Assembly (NCBI GenBank): GCA_965661985.1
Contig: CBFIFY010000013.1
Location: 998-64,997, forward strand
DNA length: 64,000 bases
Direction: 5' to 3'
DNA from: an uncultured Myxococcota bacterium
GTDB lineage: Bacteria; Myxococcota_A; UBA796
The position numbers were made by a program, and so were the translations under genes. Under the pieces are notes generated by a model that did not search any database, was not told the DNA's origin, and saw nothing but the letters and a program-made list of their open reading frames with translations. The first letter of the stretch is position 1. Each line of letters begins with the position of its first letter. This document shows, piece by piece, positions 1-8,830 of the stretch.

Positions 1-29
1 GGCTCCTTAAGCCGCTCGGTCACGTCACC
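1..29 (-). tRNA. 5' part of a class II tRNA, probably tRNA-Ser (truncated by window edge)
   Basis: Reverse complement reads GGTGACG-TG-ACCGAGCGGCTTAAGGAGCC: acceptor strand, U8/G9 and a Ser-type D-arm (CCGAG.GG...AAGG). The anticodon lies outside the window. Confidence 0.7.
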
Positions 30-110
30 TGATGAGTAAAACTCAACCAGTATTTGTATAACCCAAATGGGGGGTGGGATGCAAATAGGAGAGTGGGATT
101 TTGATAGATT

Positions 111-2426
111 CTATTGAGTGGGACCACGGTAGAGCAATTTGACTTCGGAAATGTTCACAAAGTTGTAGGGGGCATCTCCACCACCGTTGCCAGCATAGGT
201 GCGATAATGGGAGAAGTGACTCATGTTCAGACCGTCAACGATTTCAAAGTGCAGAGTTTGGTCGGCAGTGGCATGAACGGTGGCGAAGGTACTATCGGCC
301 CACACATCCCATGAGCCCAACTGAGGCAAAACAAGTGGCTGCTCGTCCAGCAACGTGCCATCTTCGTCGTAGAATCGAACGAGTTTAACAGCGCAAGTGA
401 TGCCCGAGTCTAGACTGCCCGAGCCATTGCCGTAGACCACTTGCAGTAGGTGGGTACCCGTGTGTTGAACGGTGAAGGAGCCACGGATGGTGTGGTCACT
501 CAAGCCCCAGTTCTCGTAATGTGGTCGGCCATGGTTGGTGCTGTAGGCGCCACCTTCCACTTCCAATTCTGCAAGGAAGAGGCTTTGGATGCGATCGTAA
601 TTGGGCCCCCACCAGCAGACTGGATTGGCTGGGTGGGAGATGTTCGGAGAGCCCTCAAAGGTGGTGGTGACACTGTAACAGGTTGACTCAGTCGGGGTAT
701 CCGTGGGGACGTTGGTGCTGGGGTTGAAGGGGGCGCCGTCTTTATAGAATTGGAAACCGACATCTGCTTCCAAGGGCGTTGGGTCAAGGTACACGGTGCC
801 ATTGTCTATGTTCAAAGTCAATGTAGGAGTCTGGGGAGCAAAGACCTGTTGCCAGTCGCTTTCATCCAGCCAGTGAATCTCACCAGCATTCAACCGTGCG
901 GTCCCAATGCTGAACTGTTGACCGTGAATCTCCAATGTTGCACCTGTTTCAAACCACTGATTGGGCAAAATTGGGTTGGAGCCCCACTGTTGGGTAGTGG
1001 GGTCAAACGCCAGTCCAAATACCCCTTCAACGACAGCCCCGATAAAGCCTGCCACCGACCACAACTGACGCTCAGAGTTGATGACTGGACCAGAATACAC
1101 GCCGTCATCCACCCACGGTTCTCCACTTTGAAATTCCATGTTCTCCATATTGGACAGAGAAAGCGCCGCCCCTTCAATCAACACGTTGAGATGGGTGTCA
1201 AAGATTTGGCCTTGATTGCTTTGTCGAGCGGCCAACAGCGCGTAGGTCGTGACAAAGGGCCACTGTGCACGGTTGTGGTAAATGGGAGTGAATTGTTGCT
1301 GTGGGTGAATGACGGGAGCACCATGGGGTGTGTGGGGGTACTGGGTGAGCGCTTCAGGATGGGTGCCCAGTTCGAGGACTGCCAGACTTGTGGCCAACAA
1401 ATCTTGCTGATGTACGGCTTGGGGAAATAGGTCCGTAGCGATGAAACTTGAATACTGAGTGCCAGTCCAAAAGTGTGCATCGATTGCCGTCGCCAGTTCA
1501 TCGGATGACCAGTCCGAGCCGGTCAACTCTTCGAGCGCCCGCAACGTGTACAAGTGGTTGAGGTTGGTGGATAGAGATTTACTCATGGCGATGTGGGCAG
1601 GGGTGTCGATCATCCACTGTGGGTAAGTTTGCTCCCTCCAGTCTAGAAAACTGGTTTCTCCACGATAGAGACCGTCCAGTGGGTCCAATACATATTGTCG
1701 ATCCGTCAGCACCGTGTTTTGCAGCACTTCGATCAATTTTGTGCGCAATTCTTCTTTGCGCGTGACATCGGTGAGTTGTCGCCAAACACTCATTGCGCCC
1801 CGCGTCCAGACGACCCGATCGGAGGAGACCGGCCAACTTCCTGCTGTGCCGGTGTCTTGAACAATTTCTCGGAAACCACCGGCTTTGCGTTCAGCGGTTT
1901 TGAACCACAGTGAGTTCCAAGATCGTTCGGCGTCCAGATGTTTGAGTCCCAAATCGACTGCATAGCCAATGTCCCGAGTCCACACCCAGTTCCATTCTGC
2001 CCCCGTTTGGTAGCAGTCACATGCCACCGTTTCGGTGAACGCACCATCTGAAATTTCAGAAGTGCTGTTTTCCCTTGCCTCATGATTCGCGAGTGCAAAT
2101 AGGGCATCCGTCAGAGGATTACCAGAGCGCAGTTTGGGATCGTCTGGCTGTTCGGAGAGGGTTTTGACCACGGTGGGTACGCGTGTACTGCGTAGGGTAT
2201 AGGAGCGGAGTTCATTGTTGGTCGACCACTCGACACTGACGGTGTGATCGGAGAGAATAAACTCTTGATAACCAGCATCCTCAAGGGTTGTATCGGAATC
2301 TCCGGTGTCTGTGTTTTGGGCAGTATCTGTTTCTAAAGAGCCAGTGTCTACAGAGTCTGACGGTGCGATCTCGACTTTTCCACTGCATCCCAGTCCCAAC
2401 AGCCAAAGGGAAGATAGGGTTCTCAT
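111..2426 (-). CDS. Lipoprotein, six-hairpin (alpha/alpha)6 glycoside hydrolase (MGH1/amylo-alpha-1,6-glucosidase-like) with a C-terminal CBM-like beta-sandwich
   Basis: Lipobox LGLGC; D/T-rich linker; WVWTRD, WPVSSDRVVW, GETSFLDWREQTYP and YHNRAQWPF motifs; C-terminal YGNG...ITCAVK...GSWDVW resembling CBM6/35. Confidence 0.65.
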   Translation of the reverse strand: MRTLSSLWLLGLGCSGKVEIAPSDSVDTGSLETDTAQNTDTGDSDTTLEDAGYQEFILSDHTVSVEWSTNNELRSYTLRSTRVPTVVKTLSEQPDDPKLRSGNPLTDALFALANHEARENSTSEISDGAFTETVACDCYQTGAEWNWVWTRDIGYAVDLGLKHLDAERSWNSLWFKTAERKAGGFREIVQDTGTAGSWPVSSDRVVWTRGAMSVWRQLTDVTRKEELRTKLIEVLQNTVLTDRQYVLDPLDGLYRGETSFLDWREQTYPQWMIDTPAHIAMSKSLSTNLNHLYTLRALEELTGSDWSSDELATAIDAHFWTGTQYSSFIATDLFPQAVHQQDLLATSLAVLELGTHPEALTQYPHTPHGAPVIHPQQQFTPIYHNRAQWPFVTTYALLAARQSNQGQIFDTHLNVLIEGAALSLSNMENMEFQSGEPWVDDGVYSGPVINSERQLWSVAGFIGAVVEGVFGLAFDPTTQQWGSNPILPNQWFETGATLEIHGQQFSIGTARLNAGEIHWLDESDWQQVFAPQTPTLTLNIDNGTVYLDPTPLEADVGFQFYKDGAPFNPSTNVPTDTPTESTCYSVTTTFEGSPNISHPANPVCWWGPNYDRIQSLFLAELEVEGGAYSTNHGRPHYENWGLSDHTIRGSFTVQHTGTHLLQVVYGNGSGSLDSGITCAVKLVRFYDEDGTLLDEQPLVLPQLGSWDVWADSTFATVHATADQTLHFEIVDGLNMSHFSHYRTYAGNGGGDAPYNFVNISEVKLLYRGPTQ

Positions 2427-2504
2427 GCTTGCTCCTACAATTCTCTACGATACTAATTAACAATAGCACAACCGCTGTGAACAACTGGGTCTGGAAATAC
2501 CACA

Positions 2505-3542
2505 ATGAAATCGAAAAAATCTGTATTGTTGGTAGATGACAGCCCATTCTTTGCATCTCAAATGTCACGCAGTTTGCGTCAAGACCCATCTTTGTATGTA
2601 CAGACTGTCCACACACAGACCGAAGGCCTATCGGTGCTCAAGGAGTCTACATTTGATGTTGTGATCTGGGATATTGTCATGTTGAATCCAGATTCTCTGT
2701 CCATTGTAGAAACCTTAAAGAAGCAGGCTGGACTGTTCTTGTTGCGGGCAAGTGACGTCGAGGCACTTCGTTGGAGAGGGTGCAATCCAGAGGCAGGCAC
2801 TCAAACAACGGTGGTTCAAAAACCCAAAACCGTGGAAGACATGGTTCGCTTTGGCCAAGTGTATATTCATGGTCAGCATCCTTCAAACGGTACCAGTACA
2901 ACAGACTCTGTTGGTCCAAATGCGTACATAGAACAATTGGAAAAGCAATTGCCGTTGGTATCGCCCTGTGTCATCGGTGTCGTGGCTTCCACAGGTGGAC
3001 CGGCTGCTTTGGTTGAGATGCTTCAGGTATTGCCAGCGGAATATCCAATTCCAATCTTTGTGGTGCAGCACATGGCAGGTGGTTTCATGTCGACGTTCTG
3101 TGATTGGTTGAACAGTCGATTGTCTTTGCCCGTTCAGGTTGCGACCCATCGGCGTCTCATTCGAGCAGGGGTATGGTTGGCACCAGATGGCAGCCATTTG
3201 GAAGTCTTTCGCAATCGAATGTTCTTGGACTCTGAACTGTCGACGGTTCAATTTTCTAAGCCGTCGGGTGATGTATTGTTGCGCAGTTTAGGGCTGAACT
3301 TTGCTTCACGCTCATTGGGTATTGTAATGACGGGATTGGGTGAAGATGGTGCTCAAGGACTCGGTGAGATGGCGAGCCACGGCGGTCAAGCCTATACGCA
3401 AAGTCCCAATACTTGTGTGGTCCCCGGGATGGTAGAGGCAAGTCTATCCAACTGTGAGGTGCACGGTTCGATGTCTCCTGTGGAACTGGGACAGTTGCTT
3501 CAAGGCTTTGCACCAACCCGGTTCTCTTCAGATTCATTCTAA
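2505..3542 (+). CDS. cheB: Chemotaxis response regulator/methylesterase CheB
   Basis: N-terminal REC domain (LLVDDS, WD). Catalytic Ser/His/Asp motifs ASTGGP, VQHM and MTGLGEDGAQG. Confidence 0.92.
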   Translation: MKSKKSVLLVDDSPFFASQMSRSLRQDPSLYVQTVHTQTEGLSVLKESTFDVVIWDIVMLNPDSLSIVETLKKQAGLFLLRASDVEALRWRGCNPEAGTQTTVVQKPKTVEDMVRFGQVYIHGQHPSNGTSTTDSVGPNAYIEQLEKQLPLVSPCVIGVVASTGGPAALVEMLQVLPAEYPIPIFVVQHMAGGFMSTFCDWLNSRLSLPVQVATHRRLIRAGVWLAPDGSHLEVFRNRMFLDSELSTVQFSKPSGDVLLRSLGLNFASRSLGIVMTGLGEDGAQGLGEMASHGGQAYTQSPNTCVVPGMVEASLSNCEVHGSMSPVELGQLLQGFAPTRFSSDSF

Positions 3543-3545
3543 TCT

Positions 3546-4985
3546 TCAGATCGACAAATAGTGATTGATCAATGTGAGTGCGTCGGTGGCATTGCTGTGT
3601 ACGGATTCGACTTTTGAAGGAAATACGGAATCGAAGAAGGCTCCAAGAGGTGTGTGTAGGTGCTTCTTGGCGCTGTGTAAATGGCGTTGTTTGTTGGCAT
3701 TGCCAGATTTGTGTGCGTACTGTCCGAGTAGAAAATGGGCTGGCCAAAAGGCATCGTTGAGGGAGATGCACCGTTCAAAATGAGAGGATGCTTCTGCTTT
3801 GCGTTGACTTTTGTGGGCAATTACTCCACGAAAATAGGGGATGGTGGGTTCTGTTGAGTTGTGAATCATGGCTTTGTGAAAGCAAGCGTCCGCCGATGTG
3901 AAGTCGTGTTGGTGCATGAATAGGACACCCTGTGTACAGAGTATTTTGGCAAGGTCACCATTTCGACGACGATACAGGGTGGTGAGCAACTGTTGTGCTT
4001 GCCCTATGTTGCCGACATTGACGGCTTGTTGCACATCCGCCCACGTTGCTTCGTTGCCGTTTGCGTCATTGTCGCTTTCATTGTTTCTATTGTTTTCATT
4101 GTTGGAATGATGATTGCGGTTGCCAAGCTTGTCTCGAGACAGGATGGGTCGCATGGGGCGGTGTGGCTGTTTGCTTGGTCTGGAAAAGTAGCGAAATCCA
4201 GAGAGGGTGCGTCTTTCCAAGAATGTGCGATGGTTCTTTAGGGTGTCGTTCACACCCAGCCAAATTGTACCCTGTTCCGACAATGACTTTGCCATTTTCC
4301 GTGCGACGTCAGTCACTTGAATCTCGGGAAAATAGATGAACACATTTCGACAAACGATCAGGTCCCATGTGCGACTCAACGTTCCATGGCCCATCTTCGG
4401 GGGTGGTTGACTGATGAGGTTGTGGTACTGAAAGGAGATGGAAGTCTTAAATTTCTGTCGGACATCGTAGCCATCGTTGTTTTCAACGAGAAATTTTTGA
4501 ATGTGGCTCGGCGACATTTTTCGAAGCCTGTATTTGGGGTAGCCCATGCCCGCTTTTGCAAAGGACAAAGAGGGGTGGTGGATGTCGGTTCCCAGTATCT
4601 CAGCAGGGATGGACTGTTCATCCAGCAAAAAGGACAAAGAGTAAGCCTCCTCTCCGGAAGAACAAGCGGCGCACCACACTCGAATGGGTCGGTTGAGTTG
4701 ACCATGGAGTGCTTTGCAGTGTGAGACCAGTGTGTTGAGTTGGCGGTGTTGACGAAAAAAAGATGTTTCGTTGATGGTCAGAATGTCCACAACTTTCGAA
4801 AAGTGGGGGTGCGTTTCCCTCATAAAAGACAGTGTTCGAGCGAAGGCATCGACAGAAGTGTGTCCCAACTCTGTACTCAGTTTGCTGATTTTGGGGAGTA
4901 TCTCAGTGTGCAAACGAGCAGTTGGAATCTCATAGCCCAGTCTATCTTTTGCGAACTTGCAAATAGATTGTTCCAACAGCGTCAT
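3546..4985 (-). CDS. cheR: CheR methyltransferase with C-terminal TPR domain (FrzF/WspC-like architecture)
   Basis: TINETSFFR, WCAACSSGEEAYS, GTDI and DLIVCRNVFIYF motifs; N-rich linker then TPR helices; ATGA overlap with the cheA stop. Confidence 0.92.
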   Translation of the reverse strand: MTLLEQSICKFAKDRLGYEIPTARLHTEILPKISKLSTELGHTSVDAFARTLSFMRETHPHFSKVVDILTINETSFFRQHRQLNTLVSHCKALHGQLNRPIRVWCAACSSGEEAYSLSFLLDEQSIPAEILGTDIHHPSLSFAKAGMGYPKYRLRKMSPSHIQKFLVENNDGYDVRQKFKTSISFQYHNLISQPPPKMGHGTLSRTWDLIVCRNVFIYFPEIQVTDVARKMAKSLSEQGTIWLGVNDTLKNHRTFLERRTLSGFRYFSRPSKQPHRPMRPILSRDKLGNRNHHSNNENNRNNESDNDANGNEATWADVQQAVNVGNIGQAQQLLTTLYRRRNGDLAKILCTQGVLFMHQHDFTSADACFHKAMIHNSTEPTIPYFRGVIAHKSQRKAEASSHFERCISLNDAFWPAHFLLGQYAHKSGNANKQRHLHSAKKHLHTPLGAFFDSVFPSKVESVHSNATDALTLINHYLSI

Positions 4986-7948
4986 ACGCCTCTATCACTC
5001 AACAATCGATCAAAGGTGCGTTGCAACTCTTCTTCATTGTAAGCAGATTTGACGATGTAAGCATCGGCTCCAGCTTGGGCGGCTTGTTGTTTGGATTCCT
5101 TTGTGCGACGCGTCGACAGAACAACAATTGGCAAGTCTTGAGTTTTTCGATTGGAGCGCAACTTTCGAATCAGTTCAAAGCCGTTGAGAATTGGCATATC
5201 CAAGTCCGTCATCACCAAGTCGACGTCTCGATAGGTCAACTGATCCCAAGCATCTTGACCGTTGACAGCCTCAAACACTTGGTAGCCCATCCGGGACACT
5301 CTCGATACCAGCATTTCTCTGGTCAAGTCAGAATCTTCAGCAACCAAAATTCTGGTTACGTCGCTTTGGGTGTTTTTCTTTTGACCACTGGATGAAGCCC
5401 GTTTGCGATATTCGTTGGCCAAGTCAAGCAGGTACATCACATTCAAAAACTGAACGACCATTCCCCCTTCGATCATCGACGTTCCAGAAATGATTCTCAA
5501 ATCTCGGATGAAACTGGGCAGGTTGGACTGGACGAGTTGTCGAACACCCATGATGGAGTCCACTCGAACGCATACGCGGGTTGCCGCACTTTGCAATAAG
5601 ACGACGTCGTCCACTTGGTTTGAATTTTGGGCTTCGCCAAACTCCAATAAGTCTCCCAGTCCAACCAAGGGCAAAAGTTTGCCATCGTCCATTCGAGCCG
5701 CTTCGCCTTCGCCCACACTGATGACGTCTTGGCGTTCAATTTGGAGAACTTTTTCCACACTTTGGATGGGAAAGGCATAGTAGCCTTCGTGAATCCGAAC
5801 CAACAAAGCATAGGTCAACGCGACCGAAATGGGCAAGGTCAATATGAAGGATGTTCCAACACCCACAGTAGAGTCAACGACAATGTTTCCACCCAACTTT
5901 TCAACCGTGGATTTCACGACATCCAATCCTACGCCACGACCCGAGATGTGGCTGACGGTAACTTGTGTAGAGAAACCAGGTCGAAAGAGTTGTTGGATCA
6001 ATTGATGGTCGTTCAAATTGTGAATTTCTGTGTCGCTCATCAATTGCTTGCGCTTCAAGGTGTTTCGAATCATGTCAGGATTGATGCCCCGTCCATCATC
6101 CTGAATGGTGAGTTTGACGGTGTCTCCGAAACGTTCTGCCAGTAATTTTAAGGTGGCTCGTTCTGGCTTGCCTTGGGCAACACGGTCTTCTGGAGATTCG
6201 ATGCCGTGGTCAACTCCATTGCGAACCAAGTGCAACATTGGATCAAACAGGGATTCAATAACGGTTTTGTCAATGCTGACGTCTGTCCCTTCAAGAAGGA
6301 CCTGAATGCTTTTGCCTTGTTCTTTTGCCAAATCTCGAATCGAGCGTGGAAAACGATTGAACAATTCCCCAATCTTTTGCAGTCGAATTTCCCCAACGCG
6401 GTGTTGAAATTCTTCTAGGTTGACATTGCTGACCAAGACGCCTTCACGCAACTGATTGAGGTGTGTGGCAAATTCCTTTGCCAAGGCCTGCATTTTGATC
6501 CATTGTGCCAGCGTTCCAGAGGTTTTGCCGGTGCTGCTCTGCATTCTCTTTTGCTGAACGATCTCAGAATGTACAAGGTTGGTCCAGTCCTTGGTTAAGC
6601 GATCCAAGTCTTTGGACACTTTTTCAATTTGAGACTGGTGCAACTGCAACTCTCCACTGATGTGGGTGAGGGCTTCCACTTGTTCAATTTCAATTTGGAT
6701 GAAGGTGGGTTCAACTTTTCGGTCTTTCTTTTCGCCCTTTGAGCCTGAAGATTTTTTGCGCTTCTTTTTGCGCTTCTCTTTGAGAGGTTGTTTGTTGGCA
6801 GATTTTGTTGCTAATGTTTGTTCGTCCGTTTCTTTGGGGACAGGTTCAACCACAGTTTCTGCTTCGACATTTGATTTGGTCGGAGTAGATTCAGAGTCCA
6901 TAGGGGAAACAGGGGAATCTGTTGCCGTTTCAACTGAATCAGCGGGCTCATTGGGTTCTTTGGACTGTGGTTTCGTTGCAGGCTCTTTGTGAGGGCTTGC
7001 ATGTGTATTGTCGTCGACATTCTCATTTCCAGTATCGGAAGAGTCGCCTTCAATAACGCCCAACAATATCAAAACTGAATCTGGAACATCCAGTGTTTCT
7101 GGATCGGGTATGTTGGGTGGGTCGCTGATGTTGCCTTCAGCCCATTCACCCAAATTGTCTAGAAATCCTGAAACGGCATCGGCAGCATCAGGTACTTGAT
7201 CTGATAGCAATGCTGTTAAGAATTCCAGCCCATCTTGAAGTATAAACAGGGCTTCATCATCGACCATAAAGACTTGTTCAACAACCCAGGCCATCACAAA
7301 ATGTAAGGCTTCCGATAGGTCTTGACTGGGACCTTCTGCCAAATGTCCAATGAGGGCATGAAACAGGGGGTGGATGCTGTTCAACTCTTCCTCTGACAAG
7401 GGGGCGCTTTGTGCTTGCTGTAAAATTCCAACAATCCTTTTGGTGCACAATAAGGGGATAGCGTTTGGGTTCGATGTTGAATCTTTTGACTCAGAGACGG
7501 TATCAGAAGGCGTATCCGAGACATCTGGCTTTACGAGTTCGTCATCGAGCGTTGGGATGGCATCAGGATTCTTCAGCCACTCGTTGACCCGTTCAATATA
7601 CTGTCGCGCACTGGTCAAGTGACTGTCGTCAATATCGGACAGTCCATCGGTACACATCGCGCTGATGATGTCCAAACCAGCGTATACAAGGTTGTAAAAG
7701 GCATCGGATGCTTCGTATTCAGACTCATTGCGCCACAGCATTGCATCTTCGATAACGTGGACGACATCGCTCATCTCAATCAGGCTCATGATGCGAGACT
7801 CACCCTTTAAGGTGTGCAATTCCCTCATCAAGACGACAATATCTTCCTCGTCTTCCGTTCCCGATTCAATTTGCATGACAAAGTTTTCAACCGTTTGAAG
7901 CCGATTGAAGCAAATATCAGTGAATTTGGCCAGCATTTTCTCATTCAT
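4982..7948 (-). CDS. cheA: Hybrid CheA kinase (Hpt-linker-dimerisation-HATPase-CheW-REC)
   Basis: Hpt RELHTLKG; HLVRNGVDHG, DDGRG, GFST and GRGVGLDVV boxes; CheW domain; C-terminal REC (AEDS, TDLDMP). Confidence 0.95.
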   Translation of the reverse strand: MNEKMLAKFTDICFNRLQTVENFVMQIESGTEDEEDIVVLMRELHTLKGESRIMSLIEMSDVVHVIEDAMLWRNESEYEASDAFYNLVYAGLDIISAMCTDGLSDIDDSHLTSARQYIERVNEWLKNPDAIPTLDDELVKPDVSDTPSDTVSESKDSTSNPNAIPLLCTKRIVGILQQAQSAPLSEEELNSIHPLFHALIGHLAEGPSQDLSEALHFVMAWVVEQVFMVDDEALFILQDGLEFLTALLSDQVPDAADAVSGFLDNLGEWAEGNISDPPNIPDPETLDVPDSVLILLGVIEGDSSDTGNENVDDNTHASPHKEPATKPQSKEPNEPADSVETATDSPVSPMDSESTPTKSNVEAETVVEPVPKETDEQTLATKSANKQPLKEKRKKKRKKSSGSKGEKKDRKVEPTFIQIEIEQVEALTHISGELQLHQSQIEKVSKDLDRLTKDWTNLVHSEIVQQKRMQSSTGKTSGTLAQWIKMQALAKEFATHLNQLREGVLVSNVNLEEFQHRVGEIRLQKIGELFNRFPRSIRDLAKEQGKSIQVLLEGTDVSIDKTVIESLFDPMLHLVRNGVDHGIESPEDRVAQGKPERATLKLLAERFGDTVKLTIQDDGRGINPDMIRNTLKRKQLMSDTEIHNLNDHQLIQQLFRPGFSTQVTVSHISGRGVGLDVVKSTVEKLGGNIVVDSTVGVGTSFILTLPISVALTYALLVRIHEGYYAFPIQSVEKVLQIERQDVISVGEGEAARMDDGKLLPLVGLGDLLEFGEAQNSNQVDDVVLLQSAATRVCVRVDSIMGVRQLVQSNLPSFIRDLRIISGTSMIEGGMVVQFLNVMYLLDLANEYRKRASSSGQKKNTQSDVTRILVAEDSDLTREMLVSRVSRMGYQVFEAVNGQDAWDQLTYRDVDLVMTDLDMPILNGFELIRKLRSNRKTQDLPIVVLSTRRTKESKQQAAQAGADAYIVKSAYNEEELQRTFDRLLSDRGV

Positions 7949-8316
7949 GGACGAGTACCTGTTTGATGAAGCAGTAGGGTGGGGAGATCCAGCAACAAAA
8001 AGAGTTGGTTCTCAAGTTTGTACATTTCTGTGATCCCCAAATTTTCACTCCATGATGTTAAAAATGAGTGCAGAGGGAGTTTAGATGTACTATCGAGTCG
8101 AACAAATCGGACTTGTGTTCCAAGTGGTAAAATGCTCTCTCCATGGATGATGGAGAACTCATGTGGTTCAGGAATCTCCAAAGGATTGTGGTTGATGGTG
8201 GTTTCATCGCTCAATATTTTGTCGATCTGATTCGCTTTGAAGGCATAAAAGACTTCCAGTTCCTGAGACTGAAGTAAGCCATTGGGACGACAGGTCAGCG
8301 CTTGAAAATTAGACAC
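7945..8316 (-). CDS. Small hypothetical protein, probable degenerate CheW-like
   Basis: Overlaps both neighbours in the operon. YAFKANQIDKI and LFLLLDLPTLL resemble the N- and C-terminal strands of CheW. Confidence 0.5.
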   Translation of the reverse strand: MSNFQALTCRPNGLLQSQELEVFYAFKANQIDKILSDETTINHNPLEIPEPHEFSIIHGESILPLGTQVRFVRLDSTSKLPLHSFLTSWSENLGITEMYKLENQLFLLLDLPTLLLHQTGTRP

Positions 8317-8746
8317 GCGACCGCTCTAAAATGAGTGCAATGTCAAGAATCCCTGTCAATCCATGGTCTCCTTCGTATTCTCCAACGAGGAAATCTTGGA
8401 GACGTCCATTTTTGGTCAGTGTACTTTGTGTGATGTTCTCCATCGGAATGATCTCGACGCCCCCAGTCGTTTCAATGGGAATCCCAACGTCCATATCGCG
8501 AACTTTGACGATCAAGATTCGATTGTGTTTGGCGTCCAAGGTGTCTTGCTTGACCATCTTTAAAAATCTCGGCAAGTGCAAGATGGGAATGATGGACTGC
8601 CCATGGGGGATGATGCCCAAGATGTGGTGGGGAGTCAACGGCAACTCAACATAGTGTTGGGGATCCAAAATGGTTTCGACCGCACTGGGTTCGATTGCCA
8701 ACCAAGTGTCGACGAGTTGGAATGTGAAGCATTGTTGGACATTCAT
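8309..8746 (-). CDS. cheW: CheW coupling protein
   Basis: FTFQL..WLAI, LPLTPHHILGII..GQSIIPILHL and GILDIALIL pattern. ATG 8746 preferred over TTG 8779. Confidence 0.88.
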   Translation of the reverse strand: MNVQQCFTFQLVDTWLAIEPSAVETILDPQHYVELPLTPHHILGIIPHGQSIIPILHLPRFLKMVKQDTLDAKHNRILIVKVRDMDVGIPIETTGGVEIIPMENITQSTLTKNGRLQDFLVGEYEGDHGLTGILDIALILERSRV

Positions 8747-8762
8747 GTGTGTGGCTCTCTTT

Positions 8763-8830
8763 GGATTCAAGGGATTCAAGGGTTTCGAGAAGTCAAAGGT
8801 TCAAAGGTTTAGAGAATTCAAATTTTAAAG
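8763..8830. repeat. Degenerate 8-9 bp tandem repeat in the MCP-cheW spacer
   Basis: GGATTCAAG GGATTCAAG GGTTTCGAG AAGTCAAAG GTTCAAAG GTTTAGAG AATTCAAA TTTTAAAG. Confidence 0.6.
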
